NCBI GenBank assembly: GCA_951406725.2
Contig: OX597817.1
Location: forward strand, 26,536,001-26,600,000
Source of the DNA: Octopus vulgaris
Lineage: Eukaryota
DNA: 64,000 bases
Direction of reading: 5' to 3'
Position numbers and translations under genes: made by a program
Shown: in pieces, positions 51,641 to 64,000 of the stretch
Numbering within the stretch: position 1 is the first letter of the stretch
Layout of the letters: every line of letters begins with the position of its first letter
Notes under the pieces: model-generated
The model's database searches: none
The model's input: the letters and a program-made list of their open reading frames with translations, nothing else
What the model was told of the DNA's origin: nothing

Positions 51641-52040
51641 TACTCTTTTACTCTTTTACTCTTTTACTTGTTTCAGTCATTTGACTGCAACCATGTTGGA
51701 GCACCGCCTTTAGTCGAGAAAGTCGACCGCAGGACTTATTCTTTGTAAGCCTGGTACTTATTCTATTGGTCTCTTTTGCCGAACCGCTAAGTTATGGGAA
51801 CGTAAACACAGCAGCATCGGTTGTCAAGTGATGTTGGGGGTGGAGAACAGACACACAAACACATACATATATATATACATATACATATATACGACGGGCT
51901 TCATTCAGTTTCCGTCTACCAAATCCACTCACAAGGTTTTGGTTGGCCCAAGGCTATAATAAAAGACACAGTACCACGTTATGGGACTGAACCCGGAACC
52001 ATGTGGCTGGTAAGCAAGCTACTTACCACACAGCCACTCA
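51641..52040 (-). mobile_element. SINE family A
   Basis: Near full-length match. Confidence 0.9.
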
Positions 52041-52621
52041 TATTTCACTAACATGCAGCATTACTGTTCACACACATTTTACAATCTGCCCTTTCTCTCT
52101 GAGGAAAAAAAAAAGAACTTTTATTCTAACAGTTTATTATTCATACAAAAATATTTTTTTCAGACTGAACCTATAGTAGTAAATCTTGCAGTTTCATGTT
52201 TTAGTTTAATTGTATAAATAGTTTCTGTAGCTAGACGGAGACAGGAAGGGTAGACCTATCTAACCCATGCCTGTATTTAGAAATTGACTTTAAAATGTAA
52301 ATTGGTATTATCCATGAGCTGGGCTAAAAAGAAATTACTTTGCTTCAATACAGTTTTTTTTTTTAATATTAGTTTGTTTATTACATTTCACCTTGCTGGA
52401 AAATTAAATATTCAATTATACAAAATAAAGATATGCTTCAAGAGCATGAAAACAATATTTGAATTTCCAGCTGACAAATACTCAAGTGTACAAATTTAAG
52501 TTGTAAACATTAATGTTTTGGAATTTTTTTTTTTTTATTTATGCACTGTTATAAACATGTAGTATAGCTGAAATGTATGAAAATTATCTTACAGATTGAC
52601 AGCTGGCAGAGTTGTAGAGTG

Positions 52622-52841
52622 CCTTTCGTTACCGTATTTATTTTGAGATGCTCTGTGTTTCTCTCAATTATTTTAGATATAATAAAGAATTTAGTAAAAT
52701 AACTTAGTTATCATTAAGCTAGTGTTAGGAACATTAATTGTGACTAAGGCTTGGTGGAAGATTTTAATTCAAAACTTATGAAAACAAGACATTTGTACTA
52801 CAGAGCCAGAGCCGGTTTCAGCTGGGTTGGTAATGAAAGGG
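52622..52841. mobile_element. piggyBac-type MITE, second copy
   Basis: Homologous to 37541-37762. TTAA at the right end only. Confidence 0.82.
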
Positions 52842-53547
52842 TTAAACAAAAGACCAAATGATATTTAATTTAATTACATACCTTTACATTCTTTGTTTCA
52901 AATCCCATCCTAGTCAACATTACCTTTAATGCTTTTAATATCTAAAAACTAAGTATAGCCAGCAAGAAAGGGTTTATATAACTAACTATGCTGTAAAAGA
53001 CGGTGCCCCAACATAGCCACTGTGCAATGAATGGAATCGGTAAAAGAATGAAAAAAAATATAGAATTATAATCTTCAGTATGCTCTGCTTCACTTCACTA
53101 GCATCAGTAAACAGTAAAAAAAATAAAGGGGAACAAAATTGAAAAAAAACCTAAGAAATAGATTAATGCAAATTGAAATGATTTTTCCACAGTTTTGGAA
53201 ATGTTTAGCATTTAGTTTTACTCAACAGAGCAAGAGAAAGGCATCTTACACATTTATCAAGATTAAACATTGAGGATTTTTTTTTCTTTGTTGATATTGC
53301 GAGATTCTACCGTTGTTTTGTGAAGCCTCAAGATTGAATTTCTGGAAGAAATAACAAATATTTATGTAAATTTCATTACTATCCATAAAGTTGCTACTCT
53401 CTTGTAGTAATTGTTGAAACTTATCATTAGAATACACAGAATGATATTTTCTTTTTATCAGTTGCTTCACACCAGCCTTTTCACCAATTTCCATACTGGT
53501 AATCATACAAGATAATCAGGCAAGAAAATCTATCGTTTACTGTGCTT

Positions 53548-53549
<2 letters not shown>

Positions 53550-53595
<46 letters not shown>

Positions 53596-54306
53596 TCATT
53601 TCTCTCTCTTCTTCACCTAATACTTATCCCCCTCCTTTCCCCTCCCTCTACTTTCCTCTGGCTATATGTATAAAAATATGCACACAAACACATAAATTCT
53701 TATATGTATCATCACCACCATAATCACTGTCATCATCATCATCATCATCATCATCATCGTCATCATCGTCATCATCATCATCATCATCATCATCACTATC
53801 AGTGTCTTTACATCTACACGCCCACACACTCACACACACATGCACACACACTCTTATATAAGGAGACATGCACACACATCATCATCATCATCAGTGTTTT
53901 GAGACCCACACACTCACACACACATGCAGACACACTCACACACACATTTACACACAAACACTCTTATATAATGAGACATGCACACACACACATGCAATAT
54001 CTACATATATAAATTCTGAAATATATTTTTACAGTTGCACTTGAAATATAAACTTTCTCTTTTTAAGTATATATGTGTGTTCATTCATGTGTGTTCATGC
54101 ATGTATGTTCATGTATATGTGTGTTCATGTATGTGTATCATCATCATCATATCTTCATTTAATGTTCATGTTCCATGCTAGCATGGGTTATATATGTATG
54201 TCTGTGTGTGTGTGTGTTTATATGTATCTATATACATTCATACATATATATATGCATATATATATATATATATATATATGCATATGAATATATAATTTAT
54301 ATTATT

Positions 54307-54348
<42 letters not shown>

Positions 54349-54419
54349 TCATATACAATATATTATATATAGTATGTACATATAAAATATATATGCATAT
54401 ATGTATATATATATGCATG

Positions 54420-54478
<59 letters not shown>

Positions 54479-54479
54479 C

Positions 54480-54512
<33 letters not shown>

Positions 54513-54605
54513 AAGAGAGAGATAGAGGGGGAGAAATACATGCACATGCACACATACTAAAGCACACACATACACACACTCACATGTTTGTATTATACAT
54601 ATATA
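53550..54605. repeat. Compound microsatellite block: (CT)n, (CAT)n, (CA)n, (TA)n
   Basis: Direct inspection. A further (TATC)n block lies at 55635-55870. Confidence 0.95.
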
Positions 54606-55711
54606 AAATTGTATTTTCATATTTCTAAATTAACATAACAATCTTATTATTTAATATGTAATTTTGCATTATTTCTTTTTTTATATTTTCCTGTAAATCT
54701 TTTTTTCTTTTATTATTTTAATATATTTAAGAATATGTACTTATAAATTACTTGAATGTTTGTCTACAATTTAATGTGCTGATAAGCTAAAATGAAAAAT
54801 AAATAATAACAAACAAAAAATAAAATAAATAAAATAAACATATAGAATAAGACCAGAAGGATATTTGAGCTCTTGAAAAAAAAAAAAAAAATAAGAAAAA
54901 AGAATAAAGAAAAAAGAAAAAAATGGAATGTTACAAAATCTATTAATGCTTTTAAATATATGATAGTTATGTAAAAGAGTTGATAAATACTTTTCAGAAA
55001 ATGAATAGAAGAAAAGAAATCCAAACAGATAAAAAAAAAATGTAAGAAAACAGAAAAAAAAAGAGAAGAAAAACAACTGCAATATAACAACAAAATCTTT
55101 ACATTTTCCCCTTTGTTATAAAGATTCTGCTGCTGGATGATCAATATTTACAAAACAACTATTTTCTTCATATTTCTAAAGATCTTCCATTAAACAACTG
55201 AATATTTTTTGACAATTGCATAAATATTCATTGGCTAAATGTTTTTAAACACATTCTTTGGGATATTGCAAAATAATGGCAAAACAACACAAAGTACCAT
55301 TTCTGATTTTTTTTTTTTTTTCTTTTTTGGGTTGTGAATTCTTAAATTATTCATTATCATCAAAATGCAACTAAAATGTTGTACATTTTGCACTAATTTA
55401 TATTTTGATTCTGTTTTTTTTTTCTTCAATATGTCAAATAAAGATACATAAAGTAAGCAGTGTGTGTGGGAGGGTGTATATTTGAATGCATATGTGTGTG
55501 CGTGTATGTGTGTGCATGTGTGTGTGTGTGCACATGCTTATCTGGAAGCATGCATATGGCTTTATGTTCATGTATCATGCATGTGCTTGACGGACATTGA
55601 GCTCCACATACAACTTAATATTCTTTAGAACTTTTTATCTATCGATCTATCTATATATCTATAAATTTATTTATCTATCAATCCATCCATCTATCCATTC
55701 ATTTTTCTAAG

Positions 55712-55766
<55 letters not shown>

Positions 55767-56302
55767 ATATATTTATTTATTTATTTATTTATCTATCCAT
55801 CCATCTATCCATCTATTTATTTATTTTTCTAAGTAACTATCTATCAACTATCTATCAATCTAACTATATATCTTTCTTTCTAACCTGAATATTATACCTT
55901 CTTGTTCTCTTTAACAACACATATAAACAAGCATGTACACAAACTAATACATATCTTCTTCTTCCTCATGCCACAGACATTACACAGCCATTGGCATAAT
56001 CTTGCTTCATTTCTTTCTAACCTTCTGCTTTCAAATCCTACATCTCACAACCATGCAACATTACAGTTTGAACACAAGCATCATGTACCATAGAATCTAC
56101 CTTTCACACCAAAGTAGAAGACCTCTGTTGCCTGCAGAGCTAATAACTCACTGAACTTATGTCAAACTGTTCTTACCTTAGCTGTTATACTTTTAGGAGC
56201 AACAGTAGCCCCAGCTGCTAATTATGCCACCTGGGTAACAGAAGCATTAAATTAATTCTGGTGATCCAACTGGACATTTGAGAGAAACTATTTCTACTAC
56301 AT

Positions 56303-56591
56303 GAAGTATATTTGCCACTTAAATGTGGCTAACCCCTAAGGGTGAATGCTACTGTAGTTTGTAGCCCCAGGAGGATATCTCCTCTAGCTGGCTACTGACA
56401 CTTTCTGTGCCCTATCAGTATTTTCAAAGGGTACAGAAAGTGTGTCAATAGCCTGCTGGAGGAGGTGTCCTCCTGGGGCTACAAGCTACTGTATCATCCA
56501 CCCTTAGGGGTTAGCCACATTTAAGTGGTAAATATACTTCACGATGTGTTGCAGCTACTGTTTATACCTTGCTCAGGGATTTGTTATTGTT
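56303..56591. mobile_element. Fold-back insert (~110-bp arms) with 14-bp TSD
   Basis: TSD tatttctactacat at 56289-56302 and 56592-56605. Arms about 56302-56413 and 56427-56541, and a tail ttgttattgtt. Confidence 0.75.
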
Positions 56592-56765
56592 TATTTCTAC
56601 TACATTCTCATTAAAACCTTCCTTTCTCTATTAGCCTACCTGTGATTCTACAATATCTTGTGTGCATTTAAACTTCATTTATACTGCACAATATATTGAG
56701 TTTCTACCTACTCATTCTCTGCATATTGAGTAAGGTCATTTCCCTGATGGTACAAAGATTCTACC

Positions 56766-56997
56766 AAGGCGGCAAGCTGGCAGAAACGTTAGCACGCCAG
56801 GCGAAATGCTTAGCGGTATTTCATCTGCGTTACGTTGTGAGTTCAAATTCCGCCGAGGTCGACTTTGCCTTTCATCCTTTCGGGGTCGATAAATTAAGTA
56901 CCAGTTACGCACTGGGGTCGATGTAATCGACTTAATACCTATGTCTGTCCTTGTTTGTCCCCTCTGTGTTTAGCCCCTTGTGGGTAATAAAGAAATA
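56766..56997 (+). mobile_element. SINE family D with 17-bp TSD
   Basis: TSD ggtacaaagattctacc on both sides. Confidence 0.93.
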
Positions 56998-57049
56998 GGT
57001 ACAAAGATTCTACCTTATTTTCTACTATTTTTGTTCTTCCAGTTTACCT

Positions 57050-58790
57050 TGGGGCCTGTTTATTTTTTCTTTCCAATTTTCTTTGAGGCCTCTCAATTTA
57101 GGTTTTACTTCTAGTCTTAAATTTCTTCTTTATTTCGACAATTGATTCAGTCAGTAATATGAGATTTTCAGTATGCAGTGTTCACAAAGAGTCACTCTTG
57201 AACTTCTCTGTAATGGCCTGTAAGACTATGAAGAATAAAAAGGGGCTGAAAACTGAATAATTAAGAACCCCTATCTTTACACTAAATACCTTGCTGCAAT
57301 TATTGCTGACTTTTACTTTACTAACTGCACTTTTGTACACATACTGCCCACATACGCCATTCACCTACAAACCATATTTCTTCAGAGAGCACAAAGTTAA
57401 TGAGTATGGCACCATGTTAAAGATTTTCTCCAAGTCAACAAATGCCAAGTATTTCTACTGTTGTTGCCTTACCAGTGAGATGGTATCCATGATACCTCTT
57501 TTGGGCACAAAGCTGAACTGCATCTCATCAAGACAAATTCTGTTTTGCTTTCTGGCATTTTCATAGTCTGAACTGACAATTTGACGACTCTGTAATTTCC
57601 TCTCCCTAAGTCATTTCCTTTGACCTTGTAGCAATTTACAATGACTATGCCATGCCAATCATTGTGTATGAGACCTTCCTGTATTACCTGATAAAATATC
57701 CAGATGATTAGCTAGTATCTTACTTCACCAGATATTTTGAGTATTTCTTGCAACTATCCTGGATTAGCTTGCAGCTTTCCCTACCTTATTATCTTTAATA
57801 ACTTTATCTACCATAATGCTGTCAACTTGACTTGTCAGTTTCTCTCTTGAGTCAATATCCTTTCATAATAGCACGTACATGCTGCTTTCTTTATCATTAG
57901 CTTTTAGAGCACATGTACCACCATCGCTCCAGATACACTTCTGTCCAATGATAACTCAATTTTCTCTGATATCCAGCCTTGTGATGCGGAATACCTGTCA
58001 TCCCTCATCTTCACAACAAACAGCATTTACAAATTTCTTCGTTTACCTAGTCATACCAGATACATAGCTACCCTATTAACTGCTAGGTAACATTCTCACC
58101 TTTCAAGGCTTTCTATACCAGTATTTTTCTGTTAGAGCGATTTCAACTGTGTTATTCTAACAGCATACCATCTTCTATTTGGTCAATGTACTGTACCAAC
58201 CACATATATGATGTGTAACCCTTAGCATATTATATTGCAAAATTCCCAATTGTCATCACTATAACTCCTAGGTCCTCATCTCTGTTGTTATACATGTTAA
58301 CTAGAATTTCTCAAAACCTATGACCAACAGTGGAGATCTATTAGTTTCCATGTCTTCCTTCTAATGCCAGTGAGTCTGCCTTACTCTGATGCTGAAGTCA
58401 CTGAATTTTGCTTCAGGAAAGGTTTTAACATTTACAACTATCTACCAATTTTGTTGAAAATGAAATCTATCTGGTTTGTATATTCATGAGATTGTTACAT
58501 AAAGTGGTGACTGGGGGTTTCTTGAAATGTGCATTGCAAATTGCTATATCAATTGTGTCTCAGAAGTGTTGGAGCTGTAAACTCTCTAAGTTTCTTATAC
58601 CATAGCTATATTTTCTTCATGGACATCATGGAGTCATCAAGGTTTTGACATTAAAATTACCAGTCAAAATAAAGAAGTCACTGTCAATCATTTTTGGGGT
58701 AGTCTGCAGAAGGATCTTAAGGAATTGGTCCGTCTGGTCCTCTAATTGTCCTTAATGTGAAGTTGTTACTGAAATGATTGTGTCACCATG
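57050..58790 (-). mobile_element. Decayed RTE LINE (endonuclease to RT)
   Basis: NQIDFIF, MQFSFVPKRG, LAFVDLEKIFN and YKSAVSKVKV...VFSPFLFFIVLQAITEKFK. Confidence 0.85.
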
Positions 58791-58794
58791 ATGA

Positions 58795-59660
58795 CACATC
58801 AATGTGTATGTCCGTCCATATGTGCAGTAAACTATAACATATATATGCGTATCGTAGATTATAACGTAACAGGTGCTGTGGCAGAAAAAAACAGAGTTAT
58901 GCATATTAATATTGAAAAACGAAAATATATATATATATATTGCTCGAGGCTAAATGTGATAGGCAAGACTATGTTTGAAAAAAGTTAGAATATTTAAGTA
59001 AAAATGTACATACAAGCACAGAAAAAACGGAAAGGAACTTAAGGAAAAAACATCAATTACAGACAACACCAGCCGGTCTTGGCTGTGATTGATGTCTTTT
59101 CCTCGTTGAGTTCCTTTCCGTTTTTTCTGTGCTTGTATGTACATTTTTACTTAAATATTGTAACTATTTTCAAACATAGTCTTGCCTATCGTTTTTAGCC
59201 TCGTTTAATATATATTCGTTTTTCAATATTAATATGTATAACTCTCTATGTTTTTTTCTTTCTGCTACTGCACCTGTTACATTATATTCTTCTATACCAG
59301 TGCTTTTCAAACTTTTTGCTGGAGCGGAACCCCAAGGAAACATTCCACTGGCTCGAGGAACCCCTGTGCAATAATTCAATAGTCTTATGCACACATATCT
59401 GCACTGGAAAATTAAAAATTACTGCCGATTTAAGCAGTTTTGTAACTTCTTGCGGAACCCCTGGACTGTACTGGCGGAACCCCTGGACTGTACTGGCGGA
59501 ACCCTGGATTAAAACCACTGTTCTATACACACCTGGCCCTGTTTACATTATACTTCGTCTCGACCTGTTACCATTTTTTAAAACATATCCGTTAGATTTT
59601 TATTCTTATTTTTATGTTATAGCTTACTGCACATATAGACGTGCATACGCATTGATATGT
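58795..59660. repeat. Long imperfect palindrome (arms >210 bp), PLE-like
   Basis: 58853-59068 versus 59078-59295, plus 58795-58842 versus 59613-59661. The centre contains CCGGTC. Confidence 0.8.
59298..59520. mobile_element. hAT-type MITE with 8-bp TSD
   Basis: CAGTG...CACTG termini. TSD ttctatac at 59290-59297 and 59521-59528. Internal 22-bp tandem repeat. Confidence 0.9.
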
Positions 59661-59875
59661 CTGTCTTTTTTCTCTTTCCCTTTAACAACTTGCTTGTAAA
59701 TATCTGATTTTTCCCTATTACGCCTTTTGTATTTTCCCTTATTGTATCTTATTTTAATTTACTTTATTTTATTAAACCTTTTTTGATGTGCCTGAGGAGA
59801 GTAATTTTCTTTTTGTACCTTATTATTTAACACACTCACCGGTAAAATTTCCACTTATTTCTTATTTTTATTTTC

Positions 59876-59912
59876 CTAAAATTTTCGTTGCGTGTTGCAA
59901 CCTGTTCAATAG
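59876..59912 (-). ncRNA. Hammerhead-like motif with UUGAACA core
   Basis: Minus strand cta-TTGAACA-G-GTTGC(aacac)GCAAC-GAA-AATT-T-tag. Confidence 0.5.
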
Positions 59913-59950
59913 TTTTGACTCTCTCTTTTTTGATGTCCTTCCAAAAATTC

Positions 59951-60055
59951 TTCACACTGATGATAATGACAATGCATAAATTTAATTATAATTACTATGA
60001 TTATAATTTTTTTACACAATTGTATTGTCCTTTGAAACGCGTGTATGCGTTGAAT
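59951..60055 (+). ncRNA. Degenerate hammerhead motif with long stem II
   Basis: CTGATGA (59957-59963), stem GACAATGCA/TGTATTGTC, then GAAACGCGTGTATGCGTT. Stem I is not intact. Confidence 0.45.
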
Positions 60056-60171
60056 CTTAATTTGTATTAAATCTAATTTTGATGCAACATCTTTTTCTCC
60101 TCCATGTTTTTGTCTATGGTATGTTTATACCTATAACGATATTTTCAAACGCACACACACATATATATATA

Positions 60172-60347
60172 ACATCATCATCATCATGGTTTCCATGCTG
60201 GCATGGGTTTGACAGTTCGACGGGGGTCTAGAAAGCCAGGAGGCTGTACCAGGCACCAGTCTGATTGGCAATGTTTTTGCAGCTGGATGCCCTTCCTAAC
60301 GCCAAATACTCTGAGAGTGTAGTGGGTGCTTTTTACGTGCCACTGGG
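60172..60347 (-). mobile_element. Family B 3' end
   Basis: Reverse complement of gtggcacgtaaaaagcaccc...ggaagggcatccagc...catggaaa..gatgatg. Confidence 0.85.
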
Positions 60348-60348
60348 A

Positions 60349-60427
<79 letters not shown>

Positions 60428-60451
60428 CACACACACACACACAAACATTTG

Positions 60452-60487
<36 letters not shown>

Positions 60488-60595
60488 ATATCAATTTAAT
60501 CCAAACATGAAAACACAAAGAGAAAACACAACAACGCAAGGACGTGGAACAAGTATAGTGTTATTGGAGGCTCAGGAAGGAAAGAAAGAAAGGGG

Positions 60596-60630
60596 ATTTG
60601 ACGTTTCAAGCGGAGCTCTTCGTCAGAAAC
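60596..60630 (-). ncRNA. Minimal hammerhead ribozyme motif in a PLE fragment (~60490-60700)
   Basis: gttt-CTGACGA-A-GAGC(tcc)GCTT-GAA-ACGT-C-aaat. GUC triplet. Same family as 24422-24456. Confidence 0.78.
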
Positions 60631-61927
60631 ATAGGAAAAGGAAAGATCCAAGGAAGGGAAAACGGAGGAAAAAATCGCCAACAGTACACACGCGCTCACA
60701 TACATATATAAGTCATTTGAAATAGTTTCCATGTCAAATACAAAACTTAATCTCAATGAAAAAGGGAAATTATTTTTGTTTTGTGCAAAAACACTATCAA
60801 TTTCATTCAGAACGTTTATCATCATCATTGTCATCATCTTTTTCCTCATCTTCCACATATTCTTCTTCATTTATTTTGCTATCCATTCATTTATACATCC
60901 TCCATCCATTCATCATCTTAGCCATTAAAATTCTTACTCTGTCATTGCTATCAATCAAATAAATAACTACGTCTACATTTGATAGATTTTGTAATGATAA
61001 ACAAACGGTTGATTATTTCTATTGCATTAAATAAAATATAACAAAATGGATTTGAACTATATGTTTTGAACTACGGACCAATTAGTCACAAGTTCAAACT
61101 TTACTTGATGAATTAGATTACTTGTAAAATACACCACCACATGATATTTTGTAAAAAAAATTGCATATGCACACATGCAAACAATACAGATAGGCACATA
61201 TAGAGAGACATATTTGATAAGCTTCGTAACATGGTTAAATAGTCTGGTTTGTAATCATATTGTTGTGTGTTTGGTTTGATAAGTGCCAACTCCCAAAAAT
61301 TTCATGTTGATGGAAACCTTGTAACTGATGCAGTTGTAAGTGGAGAATGAATTTTTTTTTAATTTCAGTAAATGATTTTTTTTTAAACATTCTTTTAACA
61401 ATTTCTGTCTACCATTTGTTTTCTCTTTATTGGTGTTAATATTTCAGCTTGCTGATAATATAATTTCAAGGTAATTTTTTCAACTCATCTTCTTATGTAG
61501 AACTTTGACAGAAGTGGTTTTATTTTCTGATAATAATTTGTGCATTATGCACAATTTATGTGTAATTGTGTGTGAGTGAGCAGTAGACTTAATCAGTCAC
61601 CCAGTTAACAGCACCACCTGGCAACTTGACTGTCTTTAGCAGACTCGGTTACAAGTATTTGTACCAGGTGTCAAGTTATACATTACCTTCCATCTCCCTT
61701 CACACCAATCTTGGAGGCTCCTAACTAAGATAAGAACATATCCTTCGGGTATATCCTGAACTTGCTTTCAGAATACGTGTGGTCACTGTTAGACACACTT
61801 ATAAGTAAGTTTCTGTGTAAATCATTGATTTCTTTATTGGTAATTCTCAGTTTTAACTAGGCTGTGTGTGGAGGCAAGAATGACCATACTAATATTTGAG
61901 TTTGTGTATATCTTATTTAACCCATAT

Positions 61928-62131
61928 TCTTTTATTTGCTTCAGTCATTTGACTGCGGCCATGCTGGAGCACCACCTTTAGGCGAGCAAATCAACCCCAG
62001 TACTTATTCTTTGTAAGCCTAGTACTTATTCTATTGGTCTCTCTTGCCAAAACGCTGAGTGACAGGGGCGTAAACACACCAGAATTGGTTGTCAAGCGAT
62101 GTTGGGAGGACAAACACAGACACACAAACAT

Positions 62132-62189
<58 letters not shown>

Positions 62190-62354
62190 GCTGGACTTCT
62201 TTCAGTTTCCGTCTGCCAAATACACTCACAAGGCTTTGGTCAGCCCGAGGCTATAGTAGAAGACACTTGCCCAAGGTGCCACACAGTGGGATTGAACCCG
62301 GAACCATGTGGTTGGTAAGCAAGCTACTTACCATGCAGCCACTCCTGCACCTAT
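61928..62354 (-). mobile_element. SINE family A
   Basis: Full-length match. Confidence 0.9.
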
Positions 62355-62559
62355 GTTTATGTTTACATATGCCCATATTGTTTATATTTACATGTATTCA
62401 TATCAATAATTCAATGAAACAATTAGCACAAGAAGTTAGGAAACTTCTGTATTACAAAATGCTACATAATATTATGAAAGTAGATGACAAACTAACTAGA
62501 AAGAGTTGAAACTACTACAGATAAGCAACATTTGACATTATGATTTAGAGCTGGTGCTT

Positions 62560-62783
62560 TTATACTCTTTTACTCTCTTTACTCTTTTACTTGTTTCAGT
62601 CATTTGACTGCGGCCATGCTGGAGCACCGCCTTTAGTCGAGCAAATCGATCCCGGGACTTATTCTTTGTAAGCCCAGTACTTATTCTATCGGTCTCTTTT
62701 GCCAAACCGCTAAGTGACGGGGACGTAAACACACCAGCATCGGTTGTCAAGCAATGCTAGGGGGACAAACAAAGACACACATC

Positions 62784-62824
<41 letters not shown>

Positions 62825-62992
62825 TACGACAGGCTTCTTTCAGTTTCCGTCTACCAAATCCACTCACAAGGCATTGGTCGGCCTGGGGCTATAGCAGAAG
62901 ACACTTGCCCAAGATGCCACGCAGTGGGACTGAACCCGGAACCATGTGGTTGTTTAGCAAGCTACTTACCACACAGCCACTCCTGTGCCTAT
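62560..62992 (-). mobile_element. SINE family A
   Basis: Full-length. Head-to-head with 63203-63625. Confidence 0.93.
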
Positions 62993-63202
62993 GTTAAATA
63001 AGTAAATGTGAAAGGGAGCAAGAGATCAACTAACTGAATGAAGTGACCATAGTTTTGCGTTCTGCCTCAGACTGGAAGATGTAAGGGGACTTAAGAGGAG
63101 ATTCATTTTCTCAGAAGATATACTGATGACATGACATCAGCTAGGAAGTTTCTTCATCTCCAAAGAACTGAAAGGAAAGATTTCATAAAATATAAGTATA
63201 TA

Positions 63203-63369
63203 TAGGCGCAGGAGTGGCTGTGTGGTAAGTAGCTTGCTAACCAACCACATAGTTCCGGGTTCAGTCCCACTGCGTGGCATCTTGGGCAAGAGTCTTCTGC
63301 TATAGCCCCAGGCCGACCAATGCCTTGTGAGTGGATTTGGTAGACGGAAACTGAAAGAAGCCTGTCGTA

Positions 63370-63426
<57 letters not shown>

Positions 63427-63625
63427 TTGTCCCCTAGCATTGCTTGACAACCGATGCTGGTGTGTTTATGTCCCCATCACTTAGCGGTTCGGCAAAAAGA
63501 GACTGATAGAATAAGTACTGGGCTTACAAAGAATAAGTCCGGGGTCGATTTGCTCAACTAAAAGGTGGTGCTCCAGCATGGCCGCAATCAAATGACTGAA
63601 ACAAGTAAAAGAGAGTAAAGAGAGT
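63203..63625 (+). mobile_element. SINE family A
   Basis: Full-length. Confidence 0.93.
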
Positions 63626-63814
63626 ATATATTTGTTCATATCAAGTCAACAATATGTCCTCTAAGTTGTCACTCACTCTTTTAGAAAAAACAGCCAATTG
63701 TTCTTTAAAATCTTACTCAAAGAACTAATCATTGCTTAAAATGCCACAAAAAGGACACATTGGATGATAAAGTCCTAAATTTACTAAAAGAAGGAAATAG
63801 TCATGGTTCTGCTC

Positions 63815-64000
63815 AGACTATCTATCTGCAGCTTTATATAGCTATGGTACGACCGCACCTTGAATTTGCATCACTGGTCTGCAATCTCTATCTTGCCCAG
63901 GATATTAATCGTCTGGAAGCCATTCAGTGACGTGCAACCAAGAGAATACCCTCCAACAGGCATCTGCCATATTCTGAACGCCTTACTTACCTGGGCATGG
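63815..64000 (+). mobile_element. CR1/L2-group LINE RT C-terminal fragment
   Basis: IYLQLYIAMVRPHLEFASLVCNLYLAQDINRLEAIQ*RATKRIP...LPYSERL (VRPHLEY...LExVQRRATK). Confidence 0.85.

Noticed and set aside
53246-53506. 86-aa minus-strand ORF with ATG and a possible GTAAGA donor
   Set aside because: No recognisable motif or partner exons, and compatible with chance in AT-rich DNA.
59788-59812. CTGAGGA hammerhead 5' core
   Set aside because: No matching GAAA or stem III downstream on this strand.

Overview
AT-rich, repeat-saturated eukaryotic DNA with no intact protein-coding gene. The supplied ORFs are nearly all translations of microsatellites, SINEs and dead transposons. The SINE repertoire looks like that of an octopus (inference from recognised repeat families, not a search). 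The window contains: (i) five tRNA- or RTE-tail-derived SINE-like families in more than 25 copies; (ii) decayed R4/Dong, RTE and CR1 LINE pieces, a Gypsy pol, mariner and maT elements, and hAT and piggyBac MITEs; (iii) a Crypton-like palindromic insert and a tRNA-Asp pseudogene; (iv) scattered, heavily disrupted + strand exon-like pieces with FN3 and YWTD-propeller character (possible ROS1/sevenless-like pseudogene). The most interesting signal is a set of Penelope-like fragments sitting in (TA)n tracts. They carry minimal hammerhead ribozyme motifs, two of them with a non-canonical C8 core (one a compensatory G3-C8 swap), and several form fold-back palindromes whose turn-points fall at the ribozyme. 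A five-unit tandem array of an RTE 3'UTR, built from repeated hairpin plus H-type pseudoknot modules, is the second highlight. All structures were parsed by eye, and nothing was folded or searched computationally.
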